Position numbers and translations under genes: made by a program. Source: Phycisphaerales bacterium (GTDB lineage: Bacteria; Planctomycetota; Phycisphaerae; Phycisphaerales; UBA1924). From it: 64,000 bases of DNA. How positions within the stretch are numbered: position 1 is the first letter of the stretch; every line of letters begins with the position of its first letter. Positions 25,627 to 34,317 of the stretch are shown in pieces. A model generated the notes under the pieces. It was not told the origin of the DNA. It did no database searches and was given only the letters and a program-made list of their open reading frames with translations. The DNA lies in NCBI GenBank assembly GCA_044369085.1, contig JBIPMO010000001.1, forward strand, positions 7,889 to 71,888, written 5' to 3'.

Positions 25627-27467
25627 GCGGCACCCCCGTTCGCGCGATCGATCGTTTCGATGAGATCGCCCGCATCATCGCGCAGACTGTGGATGCGCTC
25701 CGGCGCAAGCCCGCCGTAAAGCGCTGCATCGCAGGTTTCCAGGATGGCGCGGGCACGCTCGGCGGCCCCGCTCATTCCCGCGGCCACGAGCGCATCTTCG
25801 GCTTCGCGTGCGGTCAGCCCGTCACCTCGAATGTTCAGGCGAGCACCCACCACCTTCCGCACCGCCGATGAGATGGCCGCCGCCGCATCGGAAGGCTTCG
25901 ATTCGCTTGAAAGCGCTGTCAGCGCAGCGCGGGCTTCAGTCAGCAGTCGGCGGCGGCGCTGAGCGGATGTCTCGCTCCCGGCGCGGCGACGGAGCAGGAT
26001 GACCGCCCCGGCCGCCGTGTACAACGCGGGCGGCCCGGCGATCGCCGCGAGTCCAAGGGGGGATCGCAGCACGCTGCGCACATCGAAGGACTGATCCGCG
26101 AGCAGCTCGGCACCCTCGTAGTTGAAGGCGATCCCACCCACCTTGTCCTCGACCGCGGCCGCGATCGAAGCGCCGCTCGAACTCTCCCCCTGCGCATCGG
26201 CGGCGGTGATCACGCGCGTCGCCCGCACCGTCAAAGGGATGGCGGCGCTCCGCGCCACCACGTACTCGCCGCTCTTGGTGTCGAAATAGGGGAGCTCGAT
26301 CGGAGGGATCTCGCTCACATCTTCGCGAGCCACGCGCAGGGTCTTGCGGAAGATGCGCGTCCGGCCCTCGGTCGTTGCCGACTGGCCCTCGGTGGTCAGG
26401 CGGAACGAACCGGCGAGGGAGTCCTGACGATCCAGTGCGGGCTCGGGCACCGCGCCGGGCAGCGGGCCCGTCACGCGGATCTCCAGATTGATCGGATCGC
26501 CCACGCCGACCTCGAGCGGTGTCGCCGTCGCGGAGATGCTGTAGCGGCCCACCAGCCCGTTGAAGTTGCCGGGCCGCCCCTTGTCCGGCAGCGGCTTCAC
26601 GTTGATGGTGAGCGGGTCGCTGGGAACCACGGTCCGGCGCGTCTGACGGCGGTCAAAGATCGTCTCGGCCGGGCGGGTCTCGACCTCGGCATCGACCGTC
26701 GCCGGGCCCAGCGTGATCGCCCCAGACCGGCGCGGGATCACGATCCGTTCGGCGGAGAAGGTCGCCCACTCATCCTCACCCTCGCGCTTGGTGCCACGCT
26801 CGACGGGCAGGTCAGCGCCGAGGATGTTGAAGACCGTCTGCATCTGCCGCTGCGAGAAGGGCTCGGGGTCGATCAGGTCGAAGTTGTCGGCGATTCCCGG
26901 GATCGAGAAAGCCAGACGCACCCCGTTGCGCCGCAGCCCCAGCATCAGGCGGACCCGCACCGGCTCGCCGACGAACGGCGACTCATTGTCGACACTGAGC
27001 CACAGCTTGACATCACTGTCCTTCTGCGGCGGAGTCACGCTGATCTGGGTGGGCGAGGTGAGGTGCTCCTGCCCCTCAACCATGACGCGGATCGCGGGGA
27101 TCGCCAGTTCTCCCGGGCGCGTCGCGATGAACTGGAACCGATGGCGGTAGGACTTCTCGTTGAACTCGCGCCGGACACCATTGATGATCGTGATCGAGGA
27201 CCGCGACTCGTCGGCGCCGCCCACGTAGCTGATCTCAAAGCCATCGATCGCCGGGATGCTCGGCGCGGGCACCTCGCTCGCGCCCTGGACGACGATGTCG
27301 ACCGGGAAGGGCTGGCCCACGAAGACACGGCGATCGTTCACATCGGCCCGGACCACGACCTGACCGGAGGCCGTCGCAGGAAGGGTGACAAGGACAAGCA
27401 ACGCCAGCGCCGCGACGAGAGCCCGGCGAGCACCATTGCTCAAGATTGTCGCGGCGGTGTGGCTCAC
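25623..27467 (-). CDS. batD: BatD-like (oxygen-tolerance family) protein
   Basis: Signal peptide, repeated beta modules (VFVGQPFPVDIVV...), a late TM segment and a basic stretch. Its GTG overlaps the upstream stop (GTGA). Confidence 0.75.
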   Translation of the reverse strand: MSHTAATILSNGARRALVAALALLVLVTLPATASGQVVVRADVNDRRVFVGQPFPVDIVVQGASEVPAPSIPAIDGFEISYVGGADESRSSITIINGVRREFNEKSYRHRFQFIATRPGELAIPAIRVMVEGQEHLTSPTQISVTPPQKDSDVKLWLSVDNESPFVGEPVRVRLMLGLRRNGVRLAFSIPGIADNFDLIDPEPFSQRQMQTVFNILGADLPVERGTKREGEDEWATFSAERIVIPRRSGAITLGPATVDAEVETRPAETIFDRRQTRRTVVPSDPLTINVKPLPDKGRPGNFNGLVGRYSISATATPLEVGVGDPINLEIRVTGPLPGAVPEPALDRQDSLAGSFRLTTEGQSATTEGRTRIFRKTLRVAREDVSEIPPIELPYFDTKSGEYVVARSAAIPLTVRATRVITAADAQGESSSGASIAAAVEDKVGGIAFNYEGAELLADQSFDVRSVLRSPLGLAAIAGPPALYTAAGAVILLRRRAGSETSAQRRRRLLTEARAALTALSSESKPSDAAAAISSAVRKVVGARLNIRGDGLTAREAEDALVAAGMSGAAERARAILETCDAALYGGLAPERIHSLRDDAGDLIETIDRANGGAA

Positions 27468-28741
27468 CAGTCCTTCTCCACAGGAGCGTTGCGCGACATC
27501 TGGCGGCGGAGCATCTCCTGGCGATACTCGCGGTCGCGCTTCTCCTTCTCAAGTATGCGCGCCATCCGCTGATCTGTCGGCTGCTCCTTGCCGCCCTCAT
27601 TGCCCATCTGATCCTTGCCCTCCTGGGCCTGCTGTTCCTGCTGCTCCTGGGCCTGCTGCTGTTCTTCCTGCTCGCCCTCGTCCTGCTGCTCTTCCTGCTC
27701 GCCCTGCTCTTGCTGCGACTCCTTGTCTTCTTTCTGGTCGCCCTGGCTCTTGGCCCCGAGCTTCTGGAGCGCCTCCTGGAGTTTTTCGGCGGCCTCCTGC
27801 TGGGCCTTCTGTGCCTCGCCGGCCTCACCCTTCTGCTGAGCCTGCTCGGCCCGCTCCTGTGCCTCGCGAGCCTCATCCAGCGACTGCCGGGCCTGCTCCA
27901 TCTGCATCTGCTGCTGCTGTTGCTGCTGGGCACCGCCTTTAGTGTCGTCGCTCTGCTGGGCCTGCTGCTGGAGATCCTGATTCTGCTCCATCATCTGCTG
28001 CAGTTGCTCGGCGGCCTGCTGAGTGGCCTCAGACGACTTCTGCTGCTCCTGCTTGTCCTGCTCGGTGGGTTTCTGCTGCTGATCCTGGCGCTGCTGAGAC
28101 TGCTGGGCCTGCTGCTGCTGATCCTTCTGGTTCTGATCGAGCTTGTCCTTGAGGTCCTGCATCGCCTGCTGCATGTTCTGCTGCTGCTTGATGTAGTCCT
28201 GAACATCCTTGATCCGGCGGCGCGTGAGCTCGAGGTTGCGAGCGGCATCGGGGTCCCGCGGCGCAAGGTCAAGCGAAGAGCGGAACAACCCGGCGGCGCC
28301 CTTGAGACGTTCGAGCACCTTGTCCGGCAGCGCGGGAGCCTCCCCCTCGCCCTTGCTCGCGTCCGCGCTCTCGATGATCCCCAGGTTGTACCGGGCCGCG
28401 GCCGCAAGCTCGGGGTTGCCGCCCGATGCATCCACGAGCCGGAACTGGTCCCGAGCGCCCTCGGAGTTCTTGGCGGCGTACTCGGCGACCCCCTTGTTGA
28501 ACTTGGCTTCCAGCGAATCGGGATCCGCCTCCAGAGCCTGTTGATACGTCTTCAACGCCCCCTCGGCATCGCCGCCGCGAAGAGCCGTATTGCCCTGCCG
28601 CACGAGTTGCCTCGCCTCGCGCGGCGCGGACGCGAGAGCATTCGAGCAGATCGCGCAGGCAACGGCGAGCGCGATCGCGCCGGAGCGCAATGCTCCGAAT
28701 CGCTTTGTGCTGCGGGCCGGTGCCGTGCGGTGTTCGTTCAT
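27464..28741 (-). CDS. batC: BatC-like TPR protein with about 210-aa Gln/Glu-rich region
   Basis: TPR segment (GDAEGALKTYQQALEADPDS...), then a long Q/E/K/D low-complexity run. ATGA overlap with the batB stop. Confidence 0.7.
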   Translation of the reverse strand: MNEHRTAPARSTKRFGALRSGAIALAVACAICSNALASAPREARQLVRQGNTALRGGDAEGALKTYQQALEADPDSLEAKFNKGVAEYAAKNSEGARDQFRLVDASGGNPELAAAARYNLGIIESADASKGEGEAPALPDKVLERLKGAAGLFRSSLDLAPRDPDAARNLELTRRRIKDVQDYIKQQQNMQQAMQDLKDKLDQNQKDQQQQAQQSQQRQDQQQKPTEQDKQEQQKSSEATQQAAEQLQQMMEQNQDLQQQAQQSDDTKGGAQQQQQQQMQMEQARQSLDEAREAQERAEQAQQKGEAGEAQKAQQEAAEKLQEALQKLGAKSQGDQKEDKESQQEQGEQEEQQDEGEQEEQQQAQEQQEQQAQEGKDQMGNEGGKEQPTDQRMARILEKEKRDREYRQEMLRRQMSRNAPVEKDW

Positions 28742-29745
28742 CGCTTACGCTCCGAGATCAGTCGCTCGATCATCACCAGGACCAGCGCCAGGCCCAGGAA
28801 AATCTGGAACCGCTCTTCAAGGCGTACCGCATCGCGGGTCTCCAGTTCCCGCTGCTCGGCCTGACGGACCAGGGTGGCGTAGACGTTATCCAGCTCGATG
28901 GTCCCGGTCGCCACGTTGAAGTAGCGCCCGCCCGGCGTGGCATCGGCGATCTGCCGCATCGTCGGGCCGTCCAGCTTCGACAGCACCGTCTGCCCCTGGT
29001 AGGCCAGCAGCCGTCGCTGGCCGGTGTTCGGGTCGGTGATCGGGATCGGGCGGCCGACGTTCTCATCCCCGATACCCACCGCGATGATGCGCACACCCTT
29101 CTGCCCGGCGGCCTTGGCCGCTTCCACAGGGAAACTCTCCTGATCTTCGCCGTCGGTGATCAGAATGATGTCCTTGAACGATGTGTCCTTCTCATCGAAC
29201 ACCTCGGTGAGCGCCATGCGCACCGCGTCACCGATGAGCGTGCCTCCGCGCGGCACGCTCGCGGGCGAGAGGTCGCGCAGCGCCATCGTCGCGAACCCAT
29301 AGTCGTGCGTGAGCGGGCATTTCACGCTCGGCACCCCCGCGAAGGCCATGACCGCCACGCGGTCGCCCTGGGCCGAGTTCAGCACATCCTGCACCCAGAG
29401 CTTGGTGCGCTCCAGACGGTTGGGCGCGAGGTCCTCGGCGAGCATGCTCCGCGACACATCGATGATGAAGCAAACATCACGACCCTTGCGGCGGATCTCC
29501 TGCGGCGTGGCCCCCCACTGCGGCCGTGCCAGCGCGAACACCGTGAGCCCCACCGCCAGCACCAGCAGACCACCCTTGATCCCCTGCCGCGCCGGGCTGA
29601 CATGCCGCGACATCAACGGCGCGAGCCCCGAATCAACAAACCGCCGGAGCATGGCCCGGCGACGAACCACCGCGTAGGCCGCCACCGCCGCCAGCACCGG
29701 GACCAGCCACAGCCCCGCCAGCCACTCGTAGGTCTCAAACTTCAC
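28738..29745 (-). CDS. batB: BatB-like von Willebrand factor A domain membrane protein
   Basis: MIDAS motif DVCFIIDVSRSM. GTG 29745 overlaps the batA stop (GTGA) with GGAGG 5 nt upstream. The ORF opens at 29817. Confidence 0.8.
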   Translation of the reverse strand: MKFETYEWLAGLWLVPVLAAVAAYAVVRRRAMLRRFVDSGLAPLMSRHVSPARQGIKGGLLVLAVGLTVFALARPQWGATPQEIRRKGRDVCFIIDVSRSMLAEDLAPNRLERTKLWVQDVLNSAQGDRVAVMAFAGVPSVKCPLTHDYGFATMALRDLSPASVPRGGTLIGDAVRMALTEVFDEKDTSFKDIILITDGEDQESFPVEAAKAAGQKGVRIIAVGIGDENVGRPIPITDPNTGQRRLLAYQGQTVLSKLDGPTMRQIADATPGGRYFNVATGTIELDNVYATLVRQAEQRELETRDAVRLEERFQIFLGLALVLVMIERLISERKR

Positions 29746-30800
29746 GGAGACCTCCGGAAAATCGTGGCGGAAAGGAACATTGAAGCCGCCAGCAGACCCG
29801 CGCCCGCGGCCGCCCACGGCGCGAACGATTCGCGGTAGGAAGTGAACTCCTTGCTCTTGATCTCCGTCTTCTCGAGCGCATCGATCTCGGCGTAGATCCG
29901 TCGCAGTGCTTCGCCGGTGTCGGCCCGCCAGTACCTGCCACCCGTCTTGGTCGTGATGTCCTTCATCAACTGCTCATCGAAGCCGCCGCCGCGCGGGACG
30001 GCGAGCCGGCCCGCGGGGGTCTCGATGAAGCCGCCCCGGTCATCGCCGATCCCGATGGCGTAGATCTTGATCCCCCACTCTTCGCACATCTCGGAGGCGG
30101 ATCGGGCATCCACATCGCCCACGTTCTCGTCGCCATCCGTCAGCAGCACGATCGCCTTGCTCTTGATCGTGAACTCGGGGTCCTGCGGGTTCTTCTCACG
30201 AGCAAGCAGATCTTCTTCAGCCTTCTTCAGCCGCGTCGCGCCTAGCGCCAGCCCGTCACCGATCGCGGTGCCGCCCTCCCAGCGCTGGTCGGCCAGTTCC
30301 ATCTTCTCGACCAGTTGAACCAGTGTCTCGTGGATGCGGACCAGCGGGCAGATGGTGTCCGCGAAACGCGCGAAGGCGACAAGCCCTATCAGGTCCTCGG
30401 GCCGCCCCGCCAGGTCGCGGCCGTTGCCCTCGATGAACTCCTTGAACACGACCTTCACCGCATCGATCCGCCGACCCATCTGACCCTGGAACTCAAATGG
30501 AAGCCCCATCGACGCCGAACGATCAACGACCATCAGCAACGCCGACCCGTTGGCGGTGGTGCGCACCTCCCCCACGCCGTAACGCGGGCGGGCCAGCGCG
30601 ATGATCAGCGCAATCATCCCCAGGGCAAGCATCGCAACGGGCAACCAGCGGAGCCGCTGCCGCCACGTGCGGCCCAGCGGCACGACCAGACCAAGACTGG
30701 AGTAGACCACGACCGCCCGCGCGCGGCGTCGCCCGCTCCACCACACGAGCAGCGGAACCAGCACTATCAACGCCAGTGCCCAGGGGGTGCCGAAAGTCAT
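29742..30800 (-). CDS. batA: BatA-like von Willebrand factor A domain membrane protein
   Basis: N-terminus FGTPWALALIVLVPLLVWW and MIDAS motif LLMVVDRSASM. ATGA overlap with the upstream stop. Confidence 0.85.
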   Translation of the reverse strand: MTFGTPWALALIVLVPLLVWWSGRRRARAVVVYSSLGLVVPLGRTWRQRLRWLPVAMLALGMIALIIALARPRYGVGEVRTTANGSALLMVVDRSASMGLPFEFQGQMGRRIDAVKVVFKEFIEGNGRDLAGRPEDLIGLVAFARFADTICPLVRIHETLVQLVEKMELADQRWEGGTAIGDGLALGATRLKKAEEDLLAREKNPQDPEFTIKSKAIVLLTDGDENVGDVDARSASEMCEEWGIKIYAIGIGDDRGGFIETPAGRLAVPRGGGFDEQLMKDITTKTGGRYWRADTGEALRRIYAEIDALEKTEIKSKEFTSYRESFAPWAAAGAGLLAASMFLSATIFRRSP

Positions 30801-31852
30801 GCCGCGACCTCCCCCGCCGCGGCCGCGACTTCCTGCTGCACGACCTCTTCAACGAGCTTGTCGGCCGCCCGCGTGCGCTCGATGAACTCGCGCACCGTGC
30901 CGGCCACGCTCTGCGCCTCGCGCTCGCTGGGCGTCACCGCCGCGAACTTCACCAGATCCACGTGCCCCATGAAGCGCTCCAGCACCCGCACATCCTCATC
31001 AACCAGCACGGCGGAAGTGCGCGATTCCTGCAGGAACTCCTCCGTCGTCCGGTCGGGGGCGTGCAGCCCGAAGCGATCCTCGATGTACGTGCGCAAAATC
31101 CACGATGCCTCGGCGTAGAACGGCTCGAAGCGCCCGGACTCGACGAGCCTCTTGGCCATCAGGCCGTCGAGCCGCCGCAGCGCCAGTTCGTGCGCGGGCA
31201 CCAGCACCGGCGGCGGGGCAACGACCTCGCGTTTGCGCATCAGCAGCCACGCGGTCACGCCCGCGCCCATCAGCAGCGCCGCCCCCCCGAGCCCGATCAG
31301 CAGCCACGGGGTCGGCTCGCGCGGATCGACCACACCCTTGGTCGCCGCCAGGTCGGTCTCGCCCTGCTTGAGCACCGAGGCCACTTCAAGAGCGATCGGA
31401 TCCGTCGTGACCGATACCGCCTCGGGCGGCGCATCCGACGGCACGCCCGCGGCGACCCGCTTGCTCGCCACAATCTCGATCGGTTTGATCTCGAACTTGC
31501 CATCCAGGAACGGCTCGATGACGTACTCGCGGCGAAGCGTCAGAGCGGCCGCGCCCCCGCCGCGCCGCGTTTCCGGGCGGGCTTCGACGAGCGTCAACCC
31601 TTCGGGCAGAAACCCGGCGAGATCAACCACCTGCGGCTCCCAGCCCGCGGGCGTCGTGGTATCGATCGTGAGCACCGCACGCTCGGCCGTCGAGATCGCG
31701 GCGCGGTCCAGCGACACGCGAGCCGTGAGGCCGCTCGCCGACTTCTCCTGTACCACCGCGGCCTGCTCGCGCGACGCGCGGTCGCAGCCGGGCACGACGG
31801 TCGCCGACCCAATCGCCCCCGCGATGCACAGCATGGTCAGCGATCGCTTCAC
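30797..31852 (-). CDS. lipoprotein with DUF4381-like TM/helical C-terminal half
   Basis: Lipobox-like ATVVPGC, a mid-protein TM (WLLIGLGGAALLMGAGVTAWLL) and a C-terminal helical region typical of the gene between DUF58 and batA. GTGA overlap with the DUF58 stop. Confidence 0.6.
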   Translation of the reverse strand: MKRSLTMLCIAGAIGSATVVPGCDRASREQAAVVQEKSASGLTARVSLDRAAISTAERAVLTIDTTTPAGWEPQVVDLAGFLPEGLTLVEARPETRRGGGAAALTLRREYVIEPFLDGKFEIKPIEIVASKRVAAGVPSDAPPEAVSVTTDPIALEVASVLKQGETDLAATKGVVDPREPTPWLLIGLGGAALLMGAGVTAWLLMRKREVVAPPPVLVPAHELALRRLDGLMAKRLVESGRFEPFYAEASWILRTYIEDRFGLHAPDRTTEEFLQESRTSAVLVDEDVRVLERFMGHVDLVKFAAVTPSEREAQSVAGTVREFIERTRAADKLVEEVVQQEVAAAAGEVAA

Positions 31853-32823
31853 CGGCGACGCTCCCTCCTCCTGAAAAGCTCGATGAGCGCGTGCACATAT
31901 GGCTCGTGCGTCGTCACATCCAGGTGGTCGACCCCCAGACGCCGGAATCGGTCCGTCAGGGCGTCCTTTCGAGCCCGGGCCAGGCGCTCGAACTCTCGCC
32001 GCACACGCCGGCTTGAAGCATCGAACACCAGCCGCTCGCCCGTCTCCGCATCCTCAAGCTCGATCAGCCCGGCCCCTGCGGGGGGCAGCACGTGCTCCCG
32101 CGGATCAGCGACACACGCCGCGATCACATCATGCCGCCGCGTCAGCACGCGGAACGCCGTCTCAAGCCGGTCGGTGCCGGGCTTGCCCGACTCCGCCCGG
32201 TCGTTCCACGATGTTCGCGCAAGCCACGGCACTCCCTCCACGCCCCAGCCCGGCACGAGGAAGTCCGACACGAGGAAGATGATCGAACGCCTCCGCTGCA
32301 CGCGCCCGATGTACTCGAGCGCCGAGGCGATGTCCGTCCGCGAGCCCCCCTCGACCTTCTGGGGGTCGAACTCCAGCAGGTCACGGATGATGCGCAGGAC
32401 GTGCTTGAGCCCCTTGGCGGGCGGCACGTAAGCGTGCACCTCGCCCGTGAAGATCACCAGCCCCACTTTGTCGTTGTTCTTGGCCGCGGCCAGCGCGACC
32501 ACGCCGCAGAGCTCGGCGGCCGTCTCGTTCTTGATCCGCTGCACGCTGCCGAAACGCCCAGAACCCGACAGGTCCACCGCCATCATCACCGTCAGCTCGC
32601 GCTCCTCGACGTAGCGCTTGATGTACGGCGCGTTCTGCCGCGCGGTCACGTTCCAGTCGATCGTCCGGACATCATCCCCGGGCTGGTACTCGCGGACCTC
32701 GCTGAACTCCATCCCGCGGCCGCGGAACGCCGACGAGTACTCGCCCGCGAACACCTCGCTCACCGAGCGACGCATCGCGATCTCAAGCTCGCGGACTTTC
32801 TTGATGAGGTCTTCGGTCAGCAT
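31849..32823 (-). CDS. DUF58 domain protein (MoxR-associated)
   Basis: Hallmark FRGRGMEFSEVREYQPGDDVRTIDWNVTAR. Confidence 0.9.
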   Translation of the reverse strand: MLTEDLIKKVRELEIAMRRSVSEVFAGEYSSAFRGRGMEFSEVREYQPGDDVRTIDWNVTARQNAPYIKRYVEERELTVMMAVDLSGSGRFGSVQRIKNETAAELCGVVALAAAKNNDKVGLVIFTGEVHAYVPPAKGLKHVLRIIRDLLEFDPQKVEGGSRTDIASALEYIGRVQRRRSIIFLVSDFLVPGWGVEGVPWLARTSWNDRAESGKPGTDRLETAFRVLTRRHDVIAACVADPREHVLPPAGAGLIELEDAETGERLVFDASSRRVRREFERLARARKDALTDRFRRLGVDHLDVTTHEPYVHALIELFRRRERRR

Positions 32824-32828
32824 GACGG

Positions 32829-33021
32829 TTCACCGCAGAGTCGCAGAGGACGCAGAGAGGAGAGTCAGATCGTGCGTGGACTTGGGTTTGCGATTGTGCT
32901 CGAGGAATCGTTGACATCAGACGCTGAAACCGGATCAGACACGGAAGCAGGCGTCGGACGCACCAGAGATGAGACACACGATCCCCGCTCTTCTCTGCGT
33001 CCTCTGCGCCTCTGCGGTGAA
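32829..33021. repeat. inverted-repeat element, copy C, exactly filling the moxR-DUF58 spacer
   Basis: Left arm TTCACCGCAGAGTCGCAGAGGACGCAGAGAGG. The right-arm reverse complement is TTCACCGCAGAGGCGCAGAGGACGCAGAGAAG. The spacer is 129 nt, with 5-nt flanks to the moxR stop and the DUF58 ATG. Confidence 0.85.
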
Positions 33022-33026
33022 ACCCC

Positions 33027-34016
33027 TCACGGCACCGGCACCGCATCCAGGATGCGCTTGACAAGGTCATCGCTTGTCAGCCCCTCGGCCTCCGCCTCGT
33101 AGGTCGCGATGATGCGGTGACGCAGCACATCCAGAGCGATGCTCTTGACATCCTGCGGCGTGACGTACCCGCGGCCATCCAGGAACGCGTGGGCCCGAGC
33201 AGCGACCGTCAGCGCGATCGTCGCTCGGGGCGAAGCCCCGAACTCGATCAGCCGCTTGGCATCGATCTTGTACTCCTCGGGCCGCCGCGTCGCCTGCACC
33301 ACATCGACCACGTAGTCCTTCACCTTCTCGTCGACGTAGATCGCTTCGCACACCTTCCGGCAGGTCAGGATCTCGTCGAGCGTGGTCACCGGCCGCTCGA
33401 TGCCCGGGCCGCCGCCCGCCTGCGTCATCCGCTCCAGCACGCGGCGCTCCTCCTGTTTGCTGGGATAGGTCACCTTCAGCTTCAGCATGAAGCGGTCGAC
33501 CTGCGCCTCGGGCAGCGGGTAGGTCCCCTCCTGCTCGATGGGGTTCTGCGTCGCGAGCACCAGGAACGGCGCGGGCAGCGGGTAGGTCGTGTCCCCGATC
33601 GTCACCTGCCGTTCCTGCATCGCCTCGAGCAGAGCCGACTGAACCTTCGCCGGGGCGCGGTTGATCTCGTCCGCCAGCACGATATTGGCAAAGATCGGCC
33701 CCTTCCGCGGCGTGAACACCCCGTCCCGCGGGTTGTAGATCAGCGTCCCCACCAGGTCGGCGGGCAACAGGTCTGGCGTGAACTGGATGCGGGCGAACTT
33801 CGCCTCGATCGCCCGGGCCAGCGTGCTGACCGTCAGCGTCTTGGCCAGGCCCGGCACTCCTTCGAGCAGCACGTGCCCGTTGCACAGCATCCCGATCATC
33901 AGCCGGTCGATCATCGGCTTCTGACCCACGATCACCTGCTCAACGGCGGTGACCAGGGTGCGGATGATGGCGGCGTGCTGCTGGACTTCCTTGGCGATCG
34001 ATGACACGTCGGGCAT
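33027..34016 (-). CDS. MoxR-family AAA+ ATPase
   Basis: LLEGVPGLAKT (Walker A), LADEINRA (Walker B) and LATQNPIEQEGTYPLPEAQVDRF. ATG 34016 has AGGAG upstream; the ORF opens at 34058. Confidence 0.95.
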   Translation of the reverse strand: MPDVSSIAKEVQQHAAIIRTLVTAVEQVIVGQKPMIDRLMIGMLCNGHVLLEGVPGLAKTLTVSTLARAIEAKFARIQFTPDLLPADLVGTLIYNPRDGVFTPRKGPIFANIVLADEINRAPAKVQSALLEAMQERQVTIGDTTYPLPAPFLVLATQNPIEQEGTYPLPEAQVDRFMLKLKVTYPSKQEERRVLERMTQAGGGPGIERPVTTLDEILTCRKVCEAIYVDEKVKDYVVDVVQATRRPEEYKIDAKRLIEFGASPRATIALTVAARAHAFLDGRGYVTPQDVKSIALDVLRHRIIATYEAEAEGLTSDDLVKRILDAVPVP

Positions 34017-34040
34017 GCAAGGCACTCCTGCGGTTCCCCC

Positions 34041-34103
34041 CGGAACCTCGGAACTCAACCTCCAACCAACCCCGGAACCCGGAACTCCGGATCACCCGAA
34101 CCC
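34041..34103. repeat. degenerate tandem octamer-like array (CGGAACYY)
   Basis: Reads cggaacct cggaactc ... ccggaacc cggaactc cggatcac ccgaaccc. Located in the moxR/sod divergent region. Confidence 0.5.
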
Positions 34104-34248
34104 CGGATGTCAGGACGCTCGTCCCCCGGTTTGCCGTCGGGCCCGGCTCTACCGGGCAAACCTTCTACCCGTTCGCCGGTAGGTCTGCATGTACCGACAT
34201 CCCCGCACCGCGCCGCACCCGGCGCTGGGAGATTTTCTCACGCCCCCT

Positions 34249-34264
34249 CACCGGTCAACCGGTG
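34249..34264. promoter_or_regulatory. 7-2-7 perfect inverted repeat CACCGGT-CA-ACCGGTG; candidate operator
   Basis: Seen directly in the sequence, 54 nt upstream of the sod ATG. Confidence 0.3.
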
Positions 34265-34317
34265 CGCCATCGGCGAGCGGGGTAGAGTGGCCTGCTACTC
34301 AACAAAGGAGAAACCCC

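Noticed and set aside
27446-28864. 472-aa poly-Leu plus-strand ORF.
   Set aside because: It is a mirror image of the CAG/GAG-rich BatC-like Q/E tract. The Leu runs are the antisense reading of Gln/Glu codons.
32829-33021. MITE/IS interpretation of the inverted-repeat elements.
   Set aside because: There are no flanking direct duplications at any copy, no transposase anywhere in the window, and the internal spacers differ between copies. They are kept as a REP-like or terminator-like family instead.
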